Below are positions 19,322 to 27,664 of a stretch of DNA of 43,580 bases, piece by piece. The notes under the pieces are model-generated. The model had not been told where the DNA came from. It worked only from the letters and a program-made list of their open reading frames with translations, and made no database searches. This DNA is from Methanobrevibacter sp. (GTDB lineage: Archaea; Methanobacteriota; Methanobacteria; Methanobacteriales; Methanobacteriaceae): positions 1 to 43,580 of the forward strand of contig JAUNXN010000002.1 of NCBI GenBank assembly GCA_030539795.1, read 5' to 3'. A program made the translations under genes and the position numbers. How positions within the stretch are numbered: position 1 is the first letter of the stretch; each line of letters begins with the position of its first letter.

Positions 19322-20149
19322 TTATGCTTTAAACAGTTTTCCGATTTCACATGAAATTTCAAATCCTAATTTATCATACAATCCTGTGGATTCTTCAGTA
19401 TAGTTAATCAAATAAACTTTTTTGCCTTCATCAATCAGGTCATTGCACAGTTTGCTGCAGACTTTTGTTGCAAGACCTTTTCCCCTATATGATTCATCGG
19501 TAATTACATTAGATAATACCGCAATATTTTCAAGTTCGGCATTTGTTGAAGCGTTGGACACGATTTTGTCCTCATCTTTTATTATATAATTTCTTCCGAA
19601 GTTATCCTCTTCCCTTTCTTTAATCTGGCAAATCAGCTCATCCAAATCATAGAATTCTCCCATATGATCATTGCAGATTAATTTTGAGATTGCTTCAAAG
19701 TCATTTTCATCAGCTCTTTCAACAGCAGAATTATCGAAGCTGCAATGTTTAGATAAAACCCTAACCCAACCGTATTCGGAATTGTATTCCATCTCTTTGA
19801 GAGTATCAGAAAGGCTTTCTATTAAAAATTTTTCAGAACATATGACTGAAGGGCTTTCTTCCATTATTAATTCCCTTATCTCATCAAAGTCACAGTCTTT
19901 ATTCCTGGAAAATATGTGCATTCCGGAATAATATTTTAAAATTACACATTTTAGTTCATCATTATCAATATTTAACCAGAATTTTAAGTTTTCATTGTCT
20001 AATCCGTATTTTAAAAAATCCAGATACAAATACAGACATTTATCATAGTCAGTTCCAATGTAATCCTTAATCAGACCTATGTCCTTTTTTTCAACCCTTT
20101 TAAACATGCTTTTTACCTTATCCTGTGACTCTGTAAAATTGAATTTCAT
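19322..20149 (-). CDS. GNAT family N-acyltransferase (two-domain)
   Basis: LSNVITDESYRGKGLA and LYDKLGFE GNAT motifs. Confidence 0.9.
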   Translation of the reverse strand: MKFNFTESQDKVKSMFKRVEKKDIGLIKDYIGTDYDKCLYLYLDFLKYGLDNENLKFWLNIDNDELKCVILKYYSGMHIFSRNKDCDFDEIRELIMEESPSVICSEKFLIESLSDTLKEMEYNSEYGWVRVLSKHCSFDNSAVERADENDFEAISKLICNDHMGEFYDLDELICQIKEREEDNFGRNYIIKDEDKIVSNASTNAELENIAVLSNVITDESYRGKGLATKVCSKLCNDLIDEGKKVYLINYTEESTGLYDKLGFEISCEIGKLFKA

Positions 20150-20152
20150 CCA

Positions 20153-21214
20153 TTAACGGTCAATATCCTCTAAAGCTTTAATGAAAGTATCCATCACTTC
20201 CGTTTCACCTGTGGAAACACGTAAACAGTTTCCTAAATTCGGAACATTGTTATAAACCTTTATTAAAATCTTCTTCTCTTCTTTCATTCGTCTGACAATA
20301 GTTTCAGAATCCAGGTGCTTTGGTTTAATGAAAATGAAATTACCTTCTTTTGCGCTAACTTGATATCCTTTTTCCTGCAGCGTATCGATTAAATGCTGTT
20401 TACCCTGCAACTGTTTTTCAACAAGCTCATCAAGCATTCCCTCTTTTTCAATAATTGCCTGTGCAAACAACATTCCGAAAGCATTGATATTATGAGGGGT
20501 AGCCAATTTCTGAACGATTTCAACATATTCCTTCTGGCCAACCACATAACCCAATCTTGCACCGGCAAGTGAGAATACCTTAGAAAATGTTCTTGTTAAT
20601 AGGACATGCTCATTTTCCATTGCATATCGAATGAATGAGTTTGGATAAAAATAGAAATAAGCTTCATCAATTAACAGTGTGCATTCATGCTCTTTACAGG
20701 CCGCCACTATCTTATCCATCTCTTCATAGGTGTAGACATCACCCACTGGATTATTTGGGTTTAAGATGATTACCAGATCAATATCATCATCAATTGAATC
20801 CACAATATTTTCAACATCCATTTCCAGATTGTCATCATAATTCACATGAACGCTTTGTCTGCCATACATATTACAGTATACATCATACATTGCATAAGAC
20901 GGGCTAACGGACAATACTTTACCTCCCGGCCTGCTATATGCTTGAATAATGTATCTTATTCCTTCAGCAGAACCATTTACAAGACAAATATTCTCCACTT
21001 CAACTCCTATAAATTTAGCTAACTTTCTTGTAAATTCCAGCTGTTCAGGATATTTGGCAACAAATTCCGGTGTAACTTTAGAAAGGACTTCATCTATAAA
21101 TTCCTGAGGCAAACCAACAGGATTCTCATTTAAATCCATTCTAATGTAACCATCCCTAGAATTCTGATCAAATATTCTAAATAGGTCTTTTACGTTTTCA
21201 TTAATATAATACAT
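20153..21214 (-). CDS. Class I/II PLP enzyme of the HisC/CobD family (aminotransferase or amino-acid-phosphate decarboxylase)
   Basis: RMDLNENP, NGSAEGI, LNPNNPVG, IDEAY, TRTFSKVFSLAGARLGY (PLP Lys), GNFIF, LRVSTG. Confidence 0.88.
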   Translation of the reverse strand: MYYINENVKDLFRIFDQNSRDGYIRMDLNENPVGLPQEFIDEVLSKVTPEFVAKYPEQLEFTRKLAKFIGVEVENICLVNGSAEGIRYIIQAYSRPGGKVLSVSPSYAMYDVYCNMYGRQSVHVNYDDNLEMDVENIVDSIDDDIDLVIILNPNNPVGDVYTYEEMDKIVAACKEHECTLLIDEAYFYFYPNSFIRYAMENEHVLLTRTFSKVFSLAGARLGYVVGQKEYVEIVQKLATPHNINAFGMLFAQAIIEKEGMLDELVEKQLQGKQHLIDTLQEKGYQVSAKEGNFIFIKPKHLDSETIVRRMKEEKKILIKVYNNVPNLGNCLRVSTGETEVMDTFIKALEDIDR

Positions 21215-21291
21215 GTTACTCTCCCAAATATCATCACATATAATAATCTGTATAAAATCCTTTTTAAATTTTTAATTTCATTTGAAAATAC

Positions 21292-22596
21292 TTATTTTTC
21301 GGCTTTTTTCACATCTTCGAGAATTTCAACAATCTTTAAGGATTCCTCTTCAAAGATACTTTTTGAGTTAATGCGATTATTTGATAACATTGATGAAAGT
21401 TCCCTGATCAAGTATTTGAAACCGTTTCCATCAAAATTTGTTGTATATAGCTGAACATCACTTGACCCGGGCGTATGAAGTTCAAAACTTTTGCTTCTCC
21501 ACCAGTCTCCTTTCATTCGGATTGTACCTTCGGTTCCTATGATTTCCAATTGATTGTCAACACGAATTGTATTTCCAACGTTGAGTACGGCACGGCCTTT
21601 TGGATAGACAAAATTCATTGAAGCAAATTCAATGTTATCCCCGTCCTTGGATACGTTGAAATCAGCCTTTTCATAATCCAGACCCATAATCTTCAGCATT
21701 GGAAGCAAGGTATAAACGCTCAAATCGTAAAAGAGGTTGCTTCTGCTTTCATCATTTTTTGAAATTGAGCAGTTGAAGCTCAATATGTCTCCAATCAATC
21801 CTCCCTGGGTCATCCATAGCAATTGATTGAATACGTAAATGTGAACCATTTTAATGTTTTCCATCAAAATCAGGTTCTTTTCTTTCGCTATGGAAATCAA
21901 CTCTTTTAACTCATCTGACTTGAATGTTGCAGGAGGGTCATACAATACATGTTTACCAGCGTTTAAAGCCTGGCGTATATAATTAAATCTTTTTTCGGTG
22001 ACGCAACGAACATAAATGATATCTGACTTGCTTATCATGTCCTTATAGCTGTCAAATGAATTTTCAATTGAATATTTATCCTGCAGCCTTTCCAAAATCT
22101 TGCTGTCATCGGAACATACATTCTTGACTTCAAAACCATTGACCAGTTTCGCTTCCCTGACAATCTGGTTATCGTCAACGATATCGCATATCATACCGAT
22201 ATCATATTGGTCAAATGTCTCTTCCCTGATTTGTGTGCTTGAAATACCTTTTGTCCTTTCCAGGTAAATCATGTCGCAGTATCTGGAAAGATGATCGAAT
22301 TTGCCCTTCCAGTCGTCTCCAATCACAAAGGCATCAATATCATATTTAATGATGTCCCCAATCTTCTGGCCGAGATATTCTTCAACGATTATTTCATCTG
22401 CAAAACCGGTTTTCAAAACGTTTTCTATCCTAGTTGCAAGTGAATCATGGACATTCAGCTTTCCACGCCCGATATCATAGTTTTCACCGGTGACACCAAC
22501 AATCAGGTAGTCTCCATGTTCCTTTGCCCTTTTTAATATATTGTAATGACCTATATGGAACAAGTCAAATGTTCCATATGTTATGATTTTTTTCAT
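21292..22596 (-). CDS. TagD-type cytidylyltransferase fused to Gfo/Idh/MocA-like domain
   Basis: N-terminal TYGTFDLFHIGH, GDDWKGKFD, RTKGISST; C-terminal ALNAGKHVL, GLIGDI and LEIIGTEGTI of the Gfo/Idh/MocA fold. Confidence 0.88.
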   Translation of the reverse strand: MKKIITYGTFDLFHIGHYNILKRAKEHGDYLIVGVTGENYDIGRGKLNVHDSLATRIENVLKTGFADEIIVEEYLGQKIGDIIKYDIDAFVIGDDWKGKFDHLSRYCDMIYLERTKGISSTQIREETFDQYDIGMICDIVDDNQIVREAKLVNGFEVKNVCSDDSKILERLQDKYSIENSFDSYKDMISKSDIIYVRCVTEKRFNYIRQALNAGKHVLYDPPATFKSDELKELISIAKEKNLILMENIKMVHIYVFNQLLWMTQGGLIGDILSFNCSISKNDESRSNLFYDLSVYTLLPMLKIMGLDYEKADFNVSKDGDNIEFASMNFVYPKGRAVLNVGNTIRVDNQLEIIGTEGTIRMKGDWWRSKSFELHTPGSSDVQLYTTNFDGNGFKYLIRELSSMLSNNRINSKSIFEEESLKIVEILEDVKKAEK

Positions 22597-22688
22597 GATT
22601 TATCCTCTCATCATCAGTGTAAAAGATAATTTAACTATTAATATTTATAGCAGTTGAAACTATTAAAAGTTACTCAAAAAAGGGGATT

Positions 22689-23378
22689 TTACACATTTTG
22701 AGAAACTAAATTGAACAACTCTTTTGTCTTGAAGGTAACCATGAAATCCCATACGTCTTCAGGCACCTCATACACGAATGTCGGATAACCCTCCTGTGCA
22801 ATCGGTTTTGAAACTAAAACCGCAGAGGTTGATTTGTATGTTTCATTGCCTGTTACAGGATAATAGTTGAAATCGCTTGATTTTTCAATGTTTTGAGCGA
22901 TATTGACAGAAGCTGAATCCATTTCAGGTGTCGCTATGTAGAATCCTGATCCATAATCTGGATTATGTGAATGACTGATTATTACCGCATCGGCATCTGA
23001 CTGTGTCACATGGGGATTGACATAATCATGAACAAGGCTTTCACCATTTGCCCTTCCCTCCTCATAGTCCTGAGGGTTTTGGGTAACCGTTACCTTATAA
23101 TGGATAATCTTGACATCATCATTGCCGAACTGCTTTGCTGATTCAATTTCAGGACCCATGGATAATGTTTCCCTAGGATGAATGCCTGTAATCAATGCGA
23201 TACATTTTGTTGCATTTTCATTTCCTGAAATGCCCACCTCAACTGTACCTATGCTGGTATTTCCAAGCGTTTGATATTCAATTTCATTATAATTTCCGTT
23301 TTGTAAAAGTAACAAACCGCCTATTATCAAAACAGCAAAAATAATGATTAGCTTTGTTTTAGTTTTCAACTTTAACAC
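22689..23378 (-). CDS. Membrane-anchored exported protein with M14 Zn-carboxypeptidase-like motifs
   Basis: N-terminal TM helix; LITGIHPRE (GxHxxE), IISHSH, TFVYEV. GTG start. Gene is clear, function inferred. Confidence 0.6.
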   Translation of the reverse strand: MLKLKTKTKLIIIFAVLIIGGLLLLQNGNYNEIEYQTLGNTSIGTVEVGISGNENATKCIALITGIHPRETLSMGPEIESAKQFGNDDVKIIHYKVTVTQNPQDYEEGRANGESLVHDYVNPHVTQSDADAVIISHSHNPDYGSGFYIATPEMDSASVNIAQNIEKSSDFNYYPVTGNETYKSTSAVLVSKPIAQEGYPTFVYEVPEDVWDFMVTFKTKELFNLVSQNV

Positions 23379-23665
23379 CTACGTATAAAATCAGTAATCA
23401 TAATATTTTTTATGCATTATCTGCACCTTTTTCATATCTTATTTTTGATGAGCCGATTAATTAATCTTTATGATGAATCGTGAAAATAAGGAGAAAATCA
23501 ATTATTTTAATGATTGCATCTACATATCCCAAAACAATTATAAATTTGATGTGATGACAGTTAATTAAATTGATTTTATCATTAAAAATTCAAATAGAAA
23601 ATAAGATTGCCTATTGAAATATTTATCATAATTGTAATTTAAAAAAAGAAAAAAGGGATAGATAA

Positions 23666-26260
23666 TTAGAATGAAATTCCAGAATATATTCCTTTAAGGG
23701 TAAAGGATTTGGTATTCCAATTAACTATACTTCCAACAGCATTTCTTGAACTTGTTGCATCAGCGACTGTCCAAGTATTTCCAATTAAGACCTGTGTCCA
23801 AACATGCCCATATGTACTGCCGCTTGAGAATCTGCAGTTTCCATGAACATATCTTGCTGGCAAATCAGCAGTTCTAAACATGGCCACAAGCAAATGGGAG
23901 TGATCCACACAATTTCCAGTCTTGGCTGATAAAGTACCTGTTGCACCATATTTTGTATTGTAATAGAAACTGTATGATACGGTATCCCTTACATAGTTAT
24001 ATATTGCAACGGCTTTTTCCTTGTCAGTTTTCAAACCTTTTGTCAATGACGCAACAATCTTTTTAATTGCAGAATTATTCACCTGACAGTTGGTTGAAGC
24101 TTTAAGGTACATTGACAAATCACTGACAGTATTCTTTTCATTTAGACCTGATCCTCCTTGTGAGGAACCGGAACCGTAGTTGATGACCACATAATTTGGC
24201 ATACGTTTTTCAGCCTTGTAAAATGCCAATATTCTTGAGAATGAATCAACAAGTTCTGAATATATGATTTTACCTACAGCTGATGAAGCGTAGTTAGGAG
24301 CAATCTTATTGGTTTTAATGTAGGTTGCAATATTCTTTGCAACAGCCACATATTTAGCTTGAAGTAAATTTTTTGAATCGATATTGTCTCCTGAAGGATT
24401 TTTAGGAGCCGCAACATCAGATATATATGCAATATTGCTTGATTTTGAATTTCCTATCTCATCAATGGCTTCACTCATGATGTATAAGAATTCCGGAACG
24501 GTAAATGTAAGACTTCCAACCTTTACTGTATTAGGAAACTTATTGTTGCTGTCATAGTAGTTCTTGAAGTTGGTGGCCGCAGTAAGCACTTCATTTAAAG
24601 TGACTGTTTTCGGAGCGGTTACTGTCAGTTTTACAGATCCGGAACCTGCTAAATTAAGGTTATCTCCATCAAAGCTATATGAAACTGAATAACTTCCGCC
24701 AGGCAAGTATGTAGTGAATTTAGCAGACCCGTCTGATGCAGTTTTAGCAGTGTAAGTGTCAGATTTCACGGTCAGTTTAACAGTGGCTCCGCTGATAGCT
24801 TTTTTGCTGGAGTCCAATAACATTACATTAACACTCTGGGTTCCTGCATTCATGGAAGTAGCGCTTTTCCATGTAAGGGAAGTTGAAGTTCTCTGTTTGA
24901 CTGTGATGTCACTTGATCCTGTAATTGAATCGATTTTGGATTCCTTAGCGTTAGTGTACTTAATAGTATATTTACCAACGTTCAAGTCAATAGGCAAGGA
25001 TACTATACCATTGCTGTCTGTAGTTTTTGTATATGTATTGCCATTGACAGTGAGAGTGACTTTCTTATTGGCTAATAGAACACTGCCTGAAGACAAAGCA
25101 ACTTTAAAAGGTGTATTTGAACCTTTACCGAAAGTAGTTGTACTTTTTACAGTGAAAGTAGGTGTTTTACTTGGTATTATTGTTACTTTGCTGGATGTGC
25201 TTGAAGCCTTGTAGAAATTGTTTCCTGCAAACTTATATTTTACAGTGTAGATTCCATCCTTAAGTGAAGGCAATTTGAGACTTGCAATTCCTTTGCTGTT
25301 TGTCTTTGCATTATATGATTTTCCATTAACGGTGAATTTAATTATTTTTCCTGAACTTGGAGCATAACCGAATTTATTAAGCAATTTAACGCTTATGGTC
25401 TTGGAATCGCTTTTAAGGAAAGTATAATCATTAGCAGTTAATGATGTTGTAGTGGATTTCACTACTTTGATGGTCTTGGTTTTGGTAAGACCATCGGTAT
25501 TGTAGGAAGTTATTTTATATGAACCCACTTTCAATGATTTCAAGGATAAACTAGCTACGCCCTTTGAATTAGTCTTTTTAGTGAATGTCTTTCCGTTAAG
25601 TTTGAATTTTATGTTTTTGTTAGCTAACACTTTTCCAGTGCTTTTAAGAAAAGTAGCGTAAAATTTTCTACCATCAGTGTAGACTTTTGATATGTCCTTA
25701 GCACTAATAGTTGATAAAACCTTTATGGTAGTTGTTAAGCTATATCCGGTTTTAGGATTAGTTGCAACAGCCTTATATGTTCCCGGTTTGAGACTTTTGA
25801 TTGATAAGGATGCAACTCCATTTGTATTGGTTTTTTTAGTGAAAGATTTACCATTTAATGTAATTTTGACGTTAGTATTTTTCAATGGGTTTCCATTGAT
25901 ATCAAGGAACTTTGCTGAGTATTTTTCAGTTCCTTTGTAATATTTAGTAATATCTTTTGAAGTGATTGTTTTTGATTTGTCAATTGTCGTATTGGAAGCG
26001 GCCAATACGTCGGCATTATTATCACTTTTGAGTAAAGAATTACTTTCCACATCAGTTGATAAAACATCTGAATCATCAGATTTTAAAACATTGTCATTAG
26101 ACGGATCATTATCAACGTCTGAATTATATACAGAAACATACGTGTCATCCTGTGCTACTGCATATGAATCTGTAGCATTTACTTCACTGGCATGAATGGC
26201 ACTTACCGATAATGCGACAACAAGAACCATCAAAACAGTGAGTAATAATTCTCTGTTCAA
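23666..26260 (-). CDS. Adhesin-like protein: Ig-like repeats, pseudomurein-binding repeats, C-terminal transglutaminase-like domain
   Basis: Signal peptide; repeats NGKSFTKKTNTNGVASL-like; NYYDSNNKFPNTV / TYIKTNKIAPNY / FYKAEKRMPNYV (PMBR); triad GNCVDH, GHVW, ADAT; GGAGG RBS before TTG. Confidence 0.92.
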   Translation of the reverse strand: MNRELLLTVLMVLVVALSVSAIHASEVNATDSYAVAQDDTYVSVYNSDVDNDPSNDNVLKSDDSDVLSTDVESNSLLKSDNNADVLAASNTTIDKSKTITSKDITKYYKGTEKYSAKFLDINGNPLKNTNVKITLNGKSFTKKTNTNGVASLSIKSLKPGTYKAVATNPKTGYSLTTTIKVLSTISAKDISKVYTDGRKFYATFLKSTGKVLANKNIKFKLNGKTFTKKTNSKGVASLSLKSLKVGSYKITSYNTDGLTKTKTIKVVKSTTTSLTANDYTFLKSDSKTISVKLLNKFGYAPSSGKIIKFTVNGKSYNAKTNSKGIASLKLPSLKDGIYTVKYKFAGNNFYKASSTSSKVTIIPSKTPTFTVKSTTTFGKGSNTPFKVALSSGSVLLANKKVTLTVNGNTYTKTTDSNGIVSLPIDLNVGKYTIKYTNAKESKIDSITGSSDITVKQRTSTSLTWKSATSMNAGTQSVNVMLLDSSKKAISGATVKLTVKSDTYTAKTASDGSAKFTTYLPGGSYSVSYSFDGDNLNLAGSGSVKLTVTAPKTVTLNEVLTAATNFKNYYDSNNKFPNTVKVGSLTFTVPEFLYIMSEAIDEIGNSKSSNIAYISDVAAPKNPSGDNIDSKNLLQAKYVAVAKNIATYIKTNKIAPNYASSAVGKIIYSELVDSFSRILAFYKAEKRMPNYVVINYGSGSSQGGSGLNEKNTVSDLSMYLKASTNCQVNNSAIKKIVASLTKGLKTDKEKAVAIYNYVRDTVSYSFYYNTKYGATGTLSAKTGNCVDHSHLLVAMFRTADLPARYVHGNCRFSSGSTYGHVWTQVLIGNTWTVADATSSRNAVGSIVNWNTKSFTLKGIYSGISF

Positions 26261-26748
26261 AATATTTCCTCCATAACAGATTATTTCTAATATATTGTGA
26301 TTTTATTCTCACCTTATAAGTTAATATTTAAAAAATCTTATATAAACCTTTTTATTTCCCATACTTGATTAAATGGGTTTAATTTTAAAAAATAAGCATT
26401 AAACTTTATGAAAATTAAACATTGAGTTAAATTATACTTAAATTAAAGTATAAAAGGATTATAATTTATGAAACTATTTATAAAGCCAATTCAATATATG
26501 AAATCTGAAACATCAATCCCAACATTATCAATTGACAACATTATAAGATTAAAAACAACCATTTATAAAAATATAGGTTTTAATTCAGATAAACAGGAAA
26601 ATTCGCCTTGACATCATTAATATGTCTAAAAGAACAATTATTAATCAAATTCCATTTTTAATTGCGAAAATTATTAACTCGTGCAAAAATCAGCATTATT
26701 TCTTATGAAAATATGATGAAATGAGTATAAAAGTAAAAAAAAGATGAA

Positions 26749-27060
26749 TTAAAATTTAAAGATATCTTTAGCCCAACTAACTTTGGCTTTAATTTCCTGT
26801 GCTTTTAATTCATAAGTCTTATCGGCCTCACCATAATTTTCATCCAATGCTTCAGCTTTGGCATCAACATCCAAAGAAGTTTCCTTAATCTTATCAAACA
26901 ATCCAAGCTGTTCGTCAGCAATTGATTCTATTTCAGGCAATGTTTTTTCTTTCAATTCAAATAGAGTATCAATAGCCTCACCAATAGTAACCCCATTTTC
27001 CATTAATATTTTTACTTTCTCTTCCTGTTCCTGTGTCAACTCGATTTCCATTTTGCTCAT
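26749..27060 (-). CDS. Small acidic hypothetical protein
   Basis: ORF MSKMEIELTQEQEEKV...KVSWAKDIFKF; ATG 27060 follows AGGGG RBS; ORF track extends to 27108. Confidence 0.75.
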   Translation of the reverse strand: MSKMEIELTQEQEEKVKILMENGVTIGEAIDTLFELKEKTLPEIESIADEQLGLFDKIKETSLDVDAKAEALDENYGEADKTYELKAQEIKAKVSWAKDIFKF

Positions 27061-27149
27061 AAAAATTCCCCTGGTCAAATAATTATTACTATATATGACC
27101 ATTTTCATTTAAATTATTTTCTAGAAAGTATTATTGTTTCATTTTTAAC

Positions 27150-27165
27150 TGTTTCAAAAGAAACA
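27150..27165. promoter_or_regulatory. Putative MarR operator
   Basis: TGTTTC-AAAA-GAAACA palindrome immediately before TATA-like TTATATA (27167-27173); extra TGTTTC half-site at 27135-27140. Confidence 0.6.
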
Positions 27166-27206
27166 ATTATATAATATCAAAATAATAATATTAATCAGGT
27201 GAGATA

Positions 27207-27656
27207 ATGGAAGATGAAATTTTTCAGGGAATAGAAGACAGGTCACCATTTGTGGCTTGGATTCACAATATTTCACTTAATCAGCAAAAATATATGAAAT
27301 CAAAATTTTCAGATTACGATTTTGGCCATGACATACGCTACATCATGTTTATTTATGACCACCCGAACTGCTCACAGGAGGATCTTGTGAACATGTTCTG
27401 CCAAAGCAAGGGAAACATTGCCAAAATACTGAAGAAATTTGAAGATGAAGGATATATCAAAAGAGAGGTGAATCCCGAAAACAGACGCAAATACATGCTG
27501 AATGTCACCGAAAAGGGAAAAGACCTGGCCCCAAAATACAGGCAGTTTGCCAAAGATTGGGAAAAGGAAGTGGGGATAACCGACGAAGATGAAATTCTAA
27601 AGGAAAGACTGAAAGAAATAGCCATTAAAGGCATGAAGCTCATTGAAGATAAATAA
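27207..27656 (+). CDS. MarR family transcriptional regulator
   Basis: SQEDL...SKGNIAKILKKFEDEGYIKREVNPENRRKYMLNVTEKGK winged helix. Confidence 0.95.
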   Translation: MEDEIFQGIEDRSPFVAWIHNISLNQQKYMKSKFSDYDFGHDIRYIMFIYDHPNCSQEDLVNMFCQSKGNIAKILKKFEDEGYIKREVNPENRRKYMLNVTEKGKDLAPKYRQFAKDWEKEVGITDEDEILKERLKEIAIKGMKLIEDK

Positions 27657-27664
27657 GAGGAGAT

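Noticed and set aside
20153-21214. Housekeeping hisC or cobD
   Set aside because: No his or cob genes nearby and it sits inside a LicD operon, so no symbol was assigned. A genome-wide check for another copy is needed.
18205-22596. Phosphonate (2-aminoethylphosphonate) biosynthesis cluster
   Set aside because: Class V transaminase, cytidylyltransferase and LicD would fit, but no PEP mutase (EDKxxxxxNS) or phosphonopyruvate decarboxylase is in the window. Not excluded if encoded elsewhere.
24600-25960. Repeated sequence within the adhesin as a DNA repeat or CRISPR array
   Set aside because: Repeats are degenerate protein-level Ig-like domains in one open frame, with no identical repeat-spacer pattern.
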